Made by a program: the position numbers and the translations under genes. A stretch of 64,000 bases of DNA from Eubacteriales bacterium (GTDB lineage: Bacteria; Bacillota; Clostridia; Oscillospirales; RGIG5299): positions 16,257 through 80,256 of the forward strand of contig JAZNEJ010000018.1 in the NCBI GenBank assembly GCA_045588575.1, written 5' to 3'. Shown here one piece after another: positions 1 to 12,611 of the stretch. The notes under the pieces were generated by a model. It saw only the letters and a list, made by a program, of their open reading frames with translations, was not told the origin of the DNA and did no database searches. The stretch's first letter is position 1; each line of letters starts with the position of its first letter.

Positions 1-729
1 GACGTTATCAATAGGAAAGATGGGAAGCATAAAAATCGCAACGCTTATAAGCATAACGATAATGAGAAAGCTGGTTCCGCATCTGGGATGTGTGCGCTTT
101 TGAATTCTAACGTTTTCAACGGTAAGAGGGAGACCTTTTTCATAACAAAAAATTGACTTATGCTCTGCTCCGTGATATTCAAAAACTCTTTTTATGCTTT
201 TGGTTTGCGATACCAAAAGAAGATAAGAAATGAAAATTATAAGCTTAAACAAGCCTTCGAAAAGAGAAATTGCGGTTTGGTCAAAACTGTTTCCGCAAAG
301 ATAGTTAAGACCGGCGGTTAAGTAGGTGGGAGCAAAGATAAAAAGACCAACGCTGAGAAGTAAGCCTAAAACAAGGGAAAAAGCAAGAACAACGTCCATA
401 ATTGATTTACCTGTTTTCTTGGCATACCATTTTTCGAATTTCGAGGGCTCTTCTTCCTCCATTCCCGCAAGCTCGGCAGAACGCATAATTGTTTTGGTGC
501 CGGTAATCATACTGGAAATAAAGATGAAAAAGCCTCTTATAAAGGGGATTTTTAAAATTTTACTTTTTTTCTTTTGCTCTGAAACGGTTTCAACGGTTAT
601 TTCTTTGGTTTGCTCGTTTCTAACGGCCAAAACGGTTTTAAAAGGGCCTTTCATCATAACGCCCTCAATTAAAGCCTGACCGCCTATTGAAGTTTTACAA
701 ACCTTTTGATTTTCAGAACATTTTTTCAT
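1..729 (-). CDS. DUF1385 (YqhQ-like) membrane protein, partial (C-terminus lies beyond window edge)
   Basis: Minus-strand frame is open from ATG at 729-727 to position 1, and is absent from the ORF track because it has no stop in the window. My translation starts MKKCSENQKVCKTSIGGQALIEG and contains RTHPRCGTSFLI, which is typical of DUF1385. The listed ORF 326..679(+) is its antisense shadow. Confidence 0.8.
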   Translation of the reverse strand, partial: MKKCSENQKVCKTSIGGQALIEGVMMKGPFKTVLAVRNEQTKEITVETVSEQKKKSKILKIPFIRGFFIFISSMITGTKTIMRSAELAGMEEEEPSKFEKWYAKKTGKSIMDVVLAFSLVLGLLLSVGLFIFAPTYLTAGLNYLCGNSFDQTAISLFEGLFKLIIFISYLLLVSQTKSIKRVFEYHGAEHKSIFCYEKGLPLTVENVRIQKRTHPRCGTSFLIIVMLISVAIFMLPIFPIDNV

Positions 730-745
730 TTAAATACCTCAAAAA

Positions 746-2401
746 TTATTCGGCAGACATAATGTAGTAATAAACGGGCTGACCGCCGGGGATAACGTTA
801 ACTTCGGCGTTTTGAATGTTTGCTTTTTTAACAAGCTCATTTGCTTCTTCTTCGGTAACGCCTTCACCGTAGAAAATATTTACACAGCTAATACTGTCAT
901 CTACTATTTTGTCGATAATTTCGGTAAAACATTCTTCAATTGAGCTTTTAACAACCGAAACCTTGCCCTCAACCAAGCCGAGAAGCTCGCCTTCTTTAAT
1001 AGACTGACCGTCGAACTCGGAATTTCTTGCTGCAAAGGTTATGTTTGCGGTTTTAACGTTAGAAGCAGCTTCGGTCATGCTTTCAATGTTTTGCTCTTCG
1101 GTGTTGCCCGCGTCGAAGCCAAGCATTGCCGAAATACCCTGAGGAACGGTTTTCGTGGGTAAAACAATAACCTTTCTGTCGGTAACAATCGGGATAACCT
1201 GCTCTGCGGCAAGAATAATATTTTTGTTATTGGGAAGCACGAAGACTGTCTTTGCGGGAGTTGCTTTAACTGCACTTAAAAGGTCGTCGGTGCTGGGGTT
1301 CATTGTCTGACCGCCTTCAACAACAACGTCGACCGCAAGGTTTTTAAATAAGGTTGATAAACCTTCGCCTGCGCAAACGGAAACGAAACCATAATCGTTT
1401 ACGGGCTCTTGGGGCTCGAAAGAAACCTTTGCATCGGCTGCGGGTGCTTCTTCTGCTTTTGATGCTTCGGCAGTTATTTTTTCACTGTGCTGAAGCTTCA
1501 TATTTTCAACTTTAATGTTAATCAAATCACCGAAGCCAAGGCCTCTTTCGATAACCTGACCGGGATTGTTGGTGTGAACGTGAAGCTTAATAATGTCGGA
1601 ATCCTCAACGCAAACAATGCTGTCGCCAATACGCTGAAGGAAAGAGTTTAACGAGCCGAGGTCTGCGGCTTTCGTACGCTGAATTACAAGCTCGGTGCAA
1701 TAAGAAAATTTAATATCTTCGGTATTGAACGATTGGAAGTTTGCTTTTTCGGAATTATCCTCCTCCGAAACTGCTTCGGCTTCAATTTTAATTCCTTTTA
1801 CGAGAACGGAAGCCATACCCTCAATAATTTTAAGAAATCCCTCACCGCCTGCGTCAACAACCTTTGCTTGCTTTAAAACGGGAAGCATTTTGGGAGTATC
1901 GTTTAAGGTTTTTTGAGCAGCTTCAAGAATTTCCGAAATAACCTCTTTTTCATTCTTTCTCAAACGCGCAGCCTGCATACCTCTTTCGGCGGCAACGCGG
2001 GCAACGGTGAGAATGGTTCCTTCCGCAGGTTTTCTAACGGCGGAATAAGCGTTTTTAACACCGACCTCCAAGCCTTTTGCAAGGTCGAATGCGGTAATCT
2101 CGTCTTTCTCTTTGAACTGACGCGAAAAGCCTCTGAAAAGAAGCGAGAGAATAACACCCGAATTACCTCTTGCGCCTTTAAGCATTGAAAGAGCAGCAGT
2201 ATCGGCAACTGCGCTTGCGGCAAGTGCGCCGTGCATTGCTTCAAGGTCGCGCTTTGCAGCGTTAATGGTCATTGACATATTTGTACCGGTGTCGCCGTCG
2301 GGAACAGGGAATACGTTTAAGTTATTTACTGCTTCTTTGCAATTTGTAAGGTTATTTGCGCCTGAAATAACCATCTTTTTAAAAGTTCTTCCGTTTATCA
2401 T
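746..2401 (-). CDS. yloV: DAK2-domain fusion protein YloV (DhaL-like N-terminus)
   Basis: 551-aa ORF with DhaL/Dak2 motif VFPVPDGDTGTNM near the N-terminus. It lies directly downstream of an Asp23-family gene, as in the Bacillus yloU-yloV pair. Confidence 0.9.
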   Translation of the reverse strand: MINGRTFKKMVISGANNLTNCKEAVNNLNVFPVPDGDTGTNMSMTINAAKRDLEAMHGALAASAVADTAALSMLKGARGNSGVILSLLFRGFSRQFKEKDEITAFDLAKGLEVGVKNAYSAVRKPAEGTILTVARVAAERGMQAARLRKNEKEVISEILEAAQKTLNDTPKMLPVLKQAKVVDAGGEGFLKIIEGMASVLVKGIKIEAEAVSEEDNSEKANFQSFNTEDIKFSYCTELVIQRTKAADLGSLNSFLQRIGDSIVCVEDSDIIKLHVHTNNPGQVIERGLGFGDLINIKVENMKLQHSEKITAEASKAEEAPAADAKVSFEPQEPVNDYGFVSVCAGEGLSTLFKNLAVDVVVEGGQTMNPSTDDLLSAVKATPAKTVFVLPNNKNIILAAEQVIPIVTDRKVIVLPTKTVPQGISAMLGFDAGNTEEQNIESMTEAASNVKTANITFAARNSEFDGQSIKEGELLGLVEGKVSVVKSSIEECFTEIIDKIVDDSISCVNIFYGEGVTEEEANELVKKANIQNAEVNVIPGGQPVYYYIMSAE

Positions 2402-2416
2402 AAAAATTACACCGCC

Positions 2417-2767
2417 TTAAGCTTTGATTGAATCGACAAAAACGTTAATTTCTTTAACGGTAAAACCGGTTGCCGATTCTATTGCGTATTTTGCATTGTG
2501 AGTAATACTTTCCGAAATAGCCATTATGTTTATTCCGTATGTTACGGCAATATGAATTGAAACCGAAACGGAATCTTTATCAACGGTAACAGAAATTCCC
2601 TTATTCAAAGAGGAACCCTTAAAAAGCGAAACTATGGAGTTTAAGGTGTTGTCCTTTGAAACCATTTCCGCAATACCGTAGCTGTTTGTAACGGCATTCG
2701 CGGCAATTGCAGAAATCGCATAGTCGGAAATTAAAATGTTGCCGTGAGAATTTTTGTAACTTAGCAT
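2417..2767 (-). CDS. yloU: Asp23/Gls24-family envelope stress protein (YloU-like)
   Basis: 116-aa ORF of typical Asp23-family length and composition (ISDYAISAIAANAV...). Paired with yloV. Confidence 0.85.
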   Translation of the reverse strand: MLSYKNSHGNILISDYAISAIAANAVTNSYGIAEMVSKDNTLNSIVSLFKGSSLNKGISVTVDKDSVSVSIHIAVTYGINIMAISESITHNAKYAIESATGFTVKEINVFVDSIKA

Positions 2768-2921
2768 TATAAACTACCTCCGAAGATGATAGGAGTATTT
2801 TACTTTAAAAATATATAATAATCAATCGGAAAAGAAATAATTTAACAAATAAATAACGAAAAATAACAACTTTGTGCAGTATGCACAGAAAAAATGTAAT
2901 TATCTGTAAAAAAAGCCAAAA

Positions 2922-4394
2922 TCAACTTATTTCTGCAAAAAACAGTGAATTATATATCAAAAAACGAGAAGGAGAAGCCTCTGCAGGAAAAATTCGACTG
3001 TAAACGAGCGAATTTCTGCGATAACAAACCGAAATAACGGGAGAATCGTCGATATATTTGTCAAAGGCGTTTGAGGAAAGATTTTGCGAAGCAAGGGCGT
3101 TGTAAAGAGCATCTAACGAGGCTTTGCCCCAGTTTCCGTAATTGAGAGTTGAAGAAGCAAGAATTGAAACGTCGGCATTTATAGGCATAACCGTTTCGCC
3201 GAGAAACAGGTCAAAATTTCCTGCTTTTAAAGCTGCCGTATAGGCGTCGTAATCAAGAACCTTGAGAGAAACGTCAATTCCGAAATTTTTGAGCTGTGAA
3301 ACAATGCTTTTGGCAAGATTGACCTTAAAGCTGTCTTCCGAATTGACTATAAGCGAAAAGCTTCCCATATTGTAAAAGCCTTTTCTTTTTGAAAAACCGT
3401 TTGATGAAAGCAGGTCGTGAGAAATATCGGGCATATATATCGAAGAAGGAAGCTCGAAACTGTTAAGCAAATAGTGGTTGGGGTTAACGGGATTCCAAAC
3501 GAAGTTTGCAAAATCCGAACGGTCCTCCTCGCTTAAAGCCTGACGGTTTAAAGCAAGATTAAACGCTTTTCTGACAGATGCGTAATTAAAAGGCCACTTA
3601 TTGCAGTTGAAACCGATAAAAATAAGATTATCGGTTATATAACTTTTCTTCTCGTAACTGCCTTTTATAATAACGGTGTTTGTGCTTGCGTTTATTGAAA
3701 TGGCTGAAACCGATTTTTTATTAAAAAAATGGACTGCTGAGGAAATGTCATCAATGTCTTCGAGAAAAATTTCAGAAACCTTAAATTGAGGGGAATTGAA
3801 ATAATTGTTTTTTATAAGTGAAACAACGTTTTCTTTTTTTAAAAACGCATATTCGCCCAAACCTAAAACCCCTGTTTCCGTGCGTTTAATAATGGGGATA
3901 TCCAAAAGAGAAAGGTTGGTTTCAGGATAATTTTTAAAGATAACGTAGAATTCATTGTTCGAAATTCCGTATTTTGTTATATAGTTAAATCTCGAAGCGT
4001 ATTTCGTTGATTTTTTCGCATAATCAAAAGAAGAAACAACGTCGCTTGGAGTTAAAAGCGAGCCGTCGGAGAATTTAACCTCGTTAAGCTTAAAGGTAAC
4101 CTTAGCGCCTGAAACCGAAAAATCGGAAACCGCAAAAGGCTCGGGGAGTGCCGAAGAGGTATTGATAAACAAGCCGGGAAAAACCAATGGAAAAAGCTGA
4201 TGGTTTACTGCGGTTTTTGCAATAAACGGGTCGAGCGAATCAGAGCCGTCGAATAAAAGGGCAGCGGAAGCTGCGGGCGTTGCGGACGGGACGCTGCTTT
4301 CGGGAGTTTCGTCGTCGTAAAAGCAGGCGGAGAAAGTCGAAAATAATATAGCGAAAACGATATTTAAAACAATAAATTTTTTAATCCGCTTCAT
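2922..4394 (-). CDS. Extracellular solute-binding lipoprotein, peptide/nickel (family 5)-like
   Basis: 490 aa with a lipoprotein signal peptide ending FSAC. Size and LDP-type N-terminal region resemble SBP_bac_5. No cognate permease genes are adjacent. Confidence 0.55.
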   Translation of the reverse strand: MKRIKKFIVLNIVFAILFSTFSACFYDDETPESSVPSATPAASAALLFDGSDSLDPFIAKTAVNHQLFPLVFPGLFINTSSALPEPFAVSDFSVSGAKVTFKLNEVKFSDGSLLTPSDVVSSFDYAKKSTKYASRFNYITKYGISNNEFYVIFKNYPETNLSLLDIPIIKRTETGVLGLGEYAFLKKENVVSLIKNNYFNSPQFKVSEIFLEDIDDISSAVHFFNKKSVSAISINASTNTVIIKGSYEKKSYITDNLIFIGFNCNKWPFNYASVRKAFNLALNRQALSEEDRSDFANFVWNPVNPNHYLLNSFELPSSIYMPDISHDLLSSNGFSKRKGFYNMGSFSLIVNSEDSFKVNLAKSIVSQLKNFGIDVSLKVLDYDAYTAALKAGNFDLFLGETVMPINADVSILASSTLNYGNWGKASLDALYNALASQNLSSNAFDKYIDDSPVISVCYRRNSLVYSRIFPAEASPSRFLIYNSLFFAEIS

Positions 4395-4483
4395 AACAGA
4401 AATTCCACATCGTTCATAAATTAATATAATAAAAATATTATAACATATAAAAATAAAAAAATCAATCCTAAAAATATACTGTA

Positions 4484-4762
4484 TTAAAAATCAAAAAAAC
4501 GGCGTTTTCCGTTTTTTGCGGCTTCAACGTCTTGCGGCTCGTAGCTGACTAAAATCAAGTCGTTTCCGGCCTTTTGAATGTCGGAAAACGGTATAACGTA
4601 ATCTTCTTTTTTCGCAAAAAAACCGGATGAAGCAGGCACGATAATCGACTTTACGTTACCGTTCGTTATATCAATTTCAATATCTCCCACAAAACCTATT
4701 TTTGCACCGTTTTGTAAATTTATAACCTCTTTGTTTTTTAAATCGGAAAGTCTCCAAAGCAT
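4484..4762 (-). CDS. YlmC/YmxH-family sporulation protein (PRC-barrel)
   Basis: 92 aa. The N-terminus LSDLKNKEVINLQNGAKIGFVGDIEIDITNGNVKSIIVP matches the YlmC/YmxH signature. Confidence 0.8.
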   Translation of the reverse strand: MLWRLSDLKNKEVINLQNGAKIGFVGDIEIDITNGNVKSIIVPASSGFFAKKEDYVIPFSDIQKAGNDLILVSYEPQDVEAAKNGKRRFFDF

Positions 4763-4811
4763 AAAAAAATCACCTCAAATAAATATATGAGGTGATGTAA
4801 AAAATATTAAA

Positions 4812-5966
4812 TTATATCGTGATAAGAGTCAATAAATCTTGCTTGTTGTTTTGAACGTTTCCGTGAGCGGCTTCGTGAAGGAAAAAAGTGAGAACGGCAC
4901 CTATTTTTTCGGGCTTAATTCCCAAATCCAAAAGGTCATTTCCGTTTACGGAAAGCTCCTTTAAAGAAAAGGGACGGCTTTGAAAAACGGGAAAAAGATT
5001 AAAAATTTCATCTCCTGAGGTTTTCTTGAAATTATAAAGTTTTATATATTTTTCCTTGCCGTAAGTGAGAACGAAATCTATTGAATTTTGCTCGTTTTTT
5101 AGGCTTTTTTTGCAAAATTCAACAAGAAATGAAACGTTTTCGGCAACTTTTTTTGAAAATGCAAAATCACATACGGTTTTAAAAACAATGCTTTTTTCAC
5201 TTGAAATAAAGAGTGCGGCGAGCATGAATTCAAGGTTCGAATTAAAGTGAGAAACCGCTTTAAAACACTCTTCGTCAAAAATGCAAGAGGGAAAACATTG
5301 CTCAAAAAAATCCTTATAAAAAACACCGTTTTTTTCGTTTAAAAAAGGAAGAATTTTTGCTGTTTCAGAACCTATTCTTTCTCTTGAAACTTCGTTTATT
5401 TGCGGCAAAAAAGACCTTGCCGCATTAAGCGTGTTTTCTTCGATTTTAAAGCCGAGCGAAAGAGAAAAACGAAGAGCTCGAATAATGCGAAGCTTATCCT
5501 CGGAAAAACGTAAAAACGGGTTGCCCACCGCTTTTATTTTTTTGTTTTTAAGGTCGGAAATACCGTCAAAAAAATCAATGATTTCTCCATTTTCGGAAGC
5601 TGCCATTGCGTTGATGGTGAAATCTCGTCTTTCGAGGTCCTGCTTTAAATCGGAGGCGAAAGAAACTTGAGAGGGATGTCTGCCGTCACAGTAATTTTCG
5701 TCTTTCCTGAAGGTCGTTATTTCAATTTTTTCGTCTTTATAAAATAAAGTAAGGGTGCCGAAATCAATTCCTGTATCAACAATCTTGAAATCTTTAAAAA
5801 TATTTTTCGTTTCTTCGGGGGTTGCCGAGGTGGCAATATCGATATCGTGTAAAGGAAGAGAGAGAAGACTGTCGCGGACCGAACCGCCCACGAGATAAGC
5901 TTCTTTGCCGCAAGAGGCGTAAATCTTTAAAATTTCAGCTACTTTTTCGGGCATAAAAATTTTCAT
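4812..5966 (-). CDS. cca: CCA-adding tRNA nucleotidyltransferase / poly(A) polymerase family
   Basis: 384 aa with class II nucleotidyltransferase head motif GGSVRDSLLSLPLHDIDIAT and RRDFTINA. Confidence 0.8.
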   Translation of the reverse strand: MKIFMPEKVAEILKIYASCGKEAYLVGGSVRDSLLSLPLHDIDIATSATPEETKNIFKDFKIVDTGIDFGTLTLFYKDEKIEITTFRKDENYCDGRHPSQVSFASDLKQDLERRDFTINAMAASENGEIIDFFDGISDLKNKKIKAVGNPFLRFSEDKLRIIRALRFSLSLGFKIEENTLNAARSFLPQINEVSRERIGSETAKILPFLNEKNGVFYKDFFEQCFPSCIFDEECFKAVSHFNSNLEFMLAALFISSEKSIVFKTVCDFAFSKKVAENVSFLVEFCKKSLKNEQNSIDFVLTYGKEKYIKLYNFKKTSGDEIFNLFPVFQSRPFSLKELSVNGNDLLDLGIKPEKIGAVLTFFLHEAAHGNVQNNKQDLLTLITI

Positions 5967-6066
5967 GTTTTTAAATCACCACAATAATTATAAACAAAAA
6001 AAGCAAATAGGTCAAGACGCTTGATTTTATATATAAAAAAGTGTATAATATAAAAGGTGATTTGCT

Positions 6067-6765
6067 TTGAAAAACAGATTTTTAGTCCTTTCGGGTGAGA
6101 TAAGCAACGATATAGCATTAAATGCCGAAAAATACGGCTATAAGGTTTTGAAGACGGTAAAAGTAGCGGAGCTTTCCGATGAGGTGGCATATCATCCCGA
6201 CTTACAAATGCTTTGCGACGGTAAAAACGTTTATCTTCCGGCAAATTGCTATGATTATTACAGCAAATTGTTTTTGGAAAACAATATAGAAAAAACGATT
6301 GTAAGACTTAATGAAAAGGTGTTCTCACCTTATCCGAACGATTGTCTTTTGAATGTTACGATACTGGGAAATAATCTTTTTAAAGGTAAAAAAACGCCGA
6401 TGCTTTCTTGCTTTTCGGACTATGAAATTATTGAGGTTAACCAAGGCTACGTAAACTGTTCGACTTTAAAAATATCGGAAAGTGCAATAATAACAGAGGA
6501 TAAAACAATAGCCGATGCGGCGCTTAAACGTAATACCGACGTTCTTTTTCTTCCTGAAAAAAAGGTTTATTTAAAGGGCGCAAACTGTGGATTTATAGGC
6601 GGTGCAGCCTTTGAAGATAACGGTAAGGTTTTCTTTTTCGGAAACCTTGAAAAATATAAATACGCTGATGAAATAACTGATTTTTGCAAAAAACACCGTA
6701 AAGACGTTTCTTCTCTTTCAAATGAAAAATTAACCGATTACGGTAAAAGTATAGTTATTTTTTGA
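6067..6765 (+). CDS. Hypothetical protein (conserved clostridial type, function unknown)
   Basis: 232-aa ORF with a TTG start preceded by AAAGGTGA. No motif I can name with confidence. Confidence 0.55.
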   Translation: MKNRFLVLSGEISNDIALNAEKYGYKVLKTVKVAELSDEVAYHPDLQMLCDGKNVYLPANCYDYYSKLFLENNIEKTIVRLNEKVFSPYPNDCLLNVTILGNNLFKGKKTPMLSCFSDYEIIEVNQGYVNCSTLKISESAIITEDKTIADAALKRNTDVLFLPEKKVYLKGANCGFIGGAAFEDNGKVFFFGNLEKYKYADEITDFCKKHRKDVSSLSNEKLTDYGKSIVIF

Positions 6766-6829
6766 GATTTTTCACAAAAAAATACTTCTCCGAATAGAAT
6801 GAAATAAAGATTTTCGGGGAGGAATAACG

Positions 6830-9510
<2,681 letters not shown>

Positions 9511-9546
9511 ATTTATATACATCTCTAATTATATATTAAAAAATAC

Positions 9547-9575
9547 TTGCCGAATAAAAATTATTGTGATATAAT
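9547..9575 (+). promoter_or_regulatory. Sigma-A-type promoter (TTGCCG-17-TGaTATAAT)
   Basis: -35 TTGCCG at 9547-9552, 17-nt spacer, extended -10 TGaTATAAT ending at 9575. It lies 40 nt upstream of the 9617 ATG. Confidence 0.5.
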
Positions 9576-9616
9576 TAAAACATAACCAATAAAATTTATT
9601 ATCAGGAGGAAGAAAA

Positions 9617-9841
9617 ATGCCGGACATTAATTATGAAATTATCAAAGAAGTTGGAACCCTTTCCACCAATCCCACAGGTTGGGAAAAGAAAGTAAAGCTC
9701 ATCAGCTGGCTCGGTAGAGAAGCAAAGTACGATATTCGTGACTGGGCTCCCGATGGCGAAAAGATGGGCAAGGGAATTACCCTCACTGCCGACGAATTAA
9801 AGGCTTTAAAAGAAATTCTTAAAGATTACAACGAGTTTTAA
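9617..9841 (+). CDS. PC4/YdbC-family single-stranded DNA-binding protein
   Basis: 74 aa. GWEKKVKLISWLGREAKYDIRDWAPDGEKMGKGITL closely resembles what I recall of Lactococcus YdbC (bacterial PC4-like fold). Strong RBS AGGAGG. Confidence 0.75.
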   Translation: MPDINYEIIKEVGTLSTNPTGWEKKVKLISWLGREAKYDIRDWAPDGEKMGKGITLTADELKALKEILKDYNEF

Positions 9842-9852
9842 GGAAGAACGGT

Positions 9853-10443
9853 ATGCAAGAGTCGCTTTTGCAAAAATATGAGGAGATTAAAAACAAGGTG
9901 GTCGTAAGACGCGCCCAGTTAGATAGGCTTCTCGAATATATGGAGAAAAATACGAGTTGGCTTACCTCGCCTGCAAGCACGAAGTTTCATTTGAGCTGCG
10001 AGAGCGGGTTGCTTATTCATTCTCTTAACGTTTGCGAAAACATTTTAAAAATAAGAGAAGCTCTTTATCCCGAGATTTCGGAGGAAAGCTGCGTTATAGT
10101 AGCCCTTCTTCACGACCTCGGAAAAGTGGGTATGCCAAATAATCCTCAATATATTCCCGCACAGCCAACTGAAAGACAACGCCAATACGGCTACGGTCCC
10201 ACAAATCCTTATATTTTTAATAACGACCTCGTATATCTTTCGGTTCCCATAAGAAGTATTTATTTAAGCTTGCCTTTCATAAAGCTTTCGCAGGAAGAGG
10301 TTCAGGCGATTGTTTATCATGACGGGCAATATGTTGACGATAACAAATCGGTTGCCACTAAAGAAGAGCCGTTAACGCTTATGCTGCAATATGCAGACTC
10401 GTGGTCGAGCTTTGTTACCGAGAAGGAAAGCCGGAAAAAATGA
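9853..10443 (+). CDS. HD-domain phosphohydrolase
   Basis: 196 aa with H...HD motif (FHLSCESG...ALLHDLGK) and a distal D (YHDGQY). Confidence 0.75.
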   Translation: MQESLLQKYEEIKNKVVVRRAQLDRLLEYMEKNTSWLTSPASTKFHLSCESGLLIHSLNVCENILKIREALYPEISEESCVIVALLHDLGKVGMPNNPQYIPAQPTERQRQYGYGPTNPYIFNNDLVYLSVPIRSIYLSLPFIKLSQEEVQAIVYHDGQYVDDNKSVATKEEPLTLMLQYADSWSSFVTEKESRKK

Positions 10444-10958
10444 AAATTTTTCAAAAAATAAAACAAAAGGCAAATGAAATAATTCACGACCGCAACACAA
10501 TCAAGCAATTTATATGTTATGTAATTGCGGGTGCTTCGGCGGTTTTGGTTGAGTTTATTTCTTTTAATTTAATGATGGGAATTACAGTTGACGGTAATCC
10601 TTTCGGAAACGTTGCGCTTTTTCTGATTCCTTTTGTTAATTGGACCGTAACGGGAACTAATATTTGCCAATCTGTTTCAATGTTTTTGGGAACGGTTTGC
10701 TCTTATACCTTAAACCGTAAATGGTCGTTTAAAACCAAAAACCCAATTATTCCCGAAATGCTTCGCTTTGGCGCGCTTTTCCTTGTCAACTTACTAATAA
10801 CCAATGTTGTTATTAGATTCCTTCAGCTTACTCCCATGCCCGATTGGATGTGTAAGGGCGCGGTTCAGTGTATGATGGTTTTGTGGAATTTCATTATTTA
10901 CAGAACGATTATATTCAAGCCTTATAACACGAAAGAAAAGAAAACCGAAGAAAACTGA
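10440..10958 (+). CDS. GtrA-family membrane protein
   Basis: The track ORF starts at 10401. I prefer the ATG at 10440, which overlaps the HD-gene stop (ATGA). It has four predicted TM segments and the motif YTLNRKWSF typical of GtrA. Confidence 0.7.
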   Translation: MKIFQKIKQKANEIIHDRNTIKQFICYVIAGASAVLVEFISFNLMMGITVDGNPFGNVALFLIPFVNWTVTGTNICQSVSMFLGTVCSYTLNRKWSFKTKNPIIPEMLRFGALFLVNLLITNVVIRFLQLTPMPDWMCKGAVQCMMVLWNFIIYRTIIFKPYNTKEKKTEEN

Positions 10959-10973
10959 ATTTAAAAAATAAAA

Positions 10974-10998
10974 AAGACACGTAAAGTGTCTTTTTTTG
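10974..10998 (+). terminator. Intrinsic terminator
   Basis: AAGACAC-gtaaa-GTGTCTT followed by a T-run. Confidence 0.7.
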
Positions 10999-11047
10999 TT
11001 TTTCAAACCGTCATAATCCTTTTTGTTTCGGAATAATAAACAAGGAG

Positions 11048-12448
11048 GTGAATTATGTGTTTGACGCTGCGATAATTATTTTATATCTTATTATAATAAC
11101 TTACATAGGAATAAAAGCTTCTAAAAAAACGAAAAGCCAAGGCGGTTTTTTTCAGACGAGTGAAAATTACAGTATTTTTGCGGTTATTGCGGCTTTGACA
11201 TCGGGATTTTTAGGTGGTGGATATTCGGTTGGAAATGCCGCAGGAAGTTATAAGATAGGAATAGGGTATTCAGTAGCGCTTTGCGGATTTGCGGTTGGAA
11301 TTATAGCTTTTTCGGTTTTTATAATACCGAAAATAAAAACAAAAGAAAAGACTTTATCCGGCGCTGTTAAAAGCTCTTTTGGAAGCTCTGCCGGACATTT
11401 TACCGCCTTTTTTTCTTTTTTGTTTTGCACGGGCATTGTTGCGGCTCAGCTTTCAACTCTCGGCATAATTCTTTCGGAATATTTCGGCTTTTCCAAATCA
11501 TTTTGCATTGTTGTTTCGGCAACCCTAATAATAGTATATTCAACAATCGGCGGAATAAATGCGGTGGTAAAAACCGATATAGCCCAGTTTATAATATTGG
11601 CAATAGGCATTCCGCTGCTTTTTATATTTAGTTTAAACGCTTTAAAAGCCTCTCCTAACGAATTTGATTATTCTATGCTGAAATTTCCTTATAACCAAGA
11701 AAAAATCTCTCCGGAGGCATTTTTGTCTCTTTTTATAGCATTTGGCGTGGGGGAGATGATAACCCCCCAGTTTATTCAAAGAATCAATCTTAATAAAAGC
11801 AAAAAGAAGATGGTAAGGGGCGTGGTAATATCGGGGATTTTATCAGCTCTGTTTTTTATAATAATAGGACTTATAGGCGTTTTTGGAAAACAAATTATGC
11901 CAAACGATATTCCGCAAAATATTCTTGTTAAAATGGCGGTTAAAGTAATGCCGATAGGACTAAACGGCGTTGTGGGAGCTTCGCTTTGCGCAATTTTAAT
12001 TTCATCGGCAGACAGTTCTTTAAACTCGGCTTCGGAAGCCTTGGCAAAAGATTTTTTGGGAGAAATTTTTCCAAATAAAAACAAAATAAAAAACGTTAGA
12101 CTGATAAATCTTATTTGCGGATTTATTGCCGTTGTTTTGGTTGTTACTTTGCCTGACGTTATGGAAATTTTAATGACCTCTTATAAATTTTGGGCTCCCG
12201 TTATTTTTTCTCAAGCTGTCTATTCGATTATAGGCAAAAAAGGAAGTGCGGCATTGTTTTATATTCCTGCAATTTCAGGAATTTTAGGGGTTGTTATATG
12301 GGATTCGGTTTTTAAAACTCCGTTTGACATTTCGTCGGTAACCGTTGGATTTTTTATAAATATAATAACCTTTACGGTAGCTGAAATAACAGAAAAGCTC
12401 TTCCTGAAAAGAAGGAAGAGCTTAAATCTTAAAGAATCTTATTTATAA
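11048..12448 (+). CDS. Sodium:solute symporter (SSS) family transporter
   Basis: 466 aa and polytopic, with about 12-13 hydrophobic segments. RBS AGGAGG overlaps the GTG start, so the true start may be a few codons downstream. Confidence 0.75.
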   Translation: MNYVFDAAIIILYLIIITYIGIKASKKTKSQGGFFQTSENYSIFAVIAALTSGFLGGGYSVGNAAGSYKIGIGYSVALCGFAVGIIAFSVFIIPKIKTKEKTLSGAVKSSFGSSAGHFTAFFSFLFCTGIVAAQLSTLGIILSEYFGFSKSFCIVVSATLIIVYSTIGGINAVVKTDIAQFIILAIGIPLLFIFSLNALKASPNEFDYSMLKFPYNQEKISPEAFLSLFIAFGVGEMITPQFIQRINLNKSKKKMVRGVVISGILSALFFIIIGLIGVFGKQIMPNDIPQNILVKMAVKVMPIGLNGVVGASLCAILISSADSSLNSASEALAKDFLGEIFPNKNKIKNVRLINLICGFIAVVLVVTLPDVMEILMTSYKFWAPVIFSQAVYSIIGKKGSAALFYIPAISGILGVVIWDSVFKTPFDISSVTVGFFINIITFTVAEITEKLFLKRRKSLNLKESYL

Positions 12449-12611
12449 CAAGACAAATTTTAACGGTAAATTTTTCCTGCAAAGGCGGGCGGTAAAACTC
12501 ACCGATTTTTCATAGCGGTTTTTATAAAGGAAAAGCGCAAGATTAACCATATATGTATTTTTTCAATTTTTTCGTTTATACTATTATAAAACAAAAGAAA
12601 GGAAAAAAACA

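Noticed and set aside
326-679. Listed ORFs lying antisense to, or out of frame within, strong genes. Examples: 326..679(+), 14121..14639(+), 18492..18941(+), 29547..30146(-), 33538..33981(+), 37292..37660(+), 38541..39041(+), 50004..50465(-).
   Set aside because: Each lies wholly inside a longer ORF with clear family motifs on the other strand or frame. Their translations are low-complexity or Cys/Phe/Asn-rich shadows typical of AT-rich genomes, and none has a convincing RBS.
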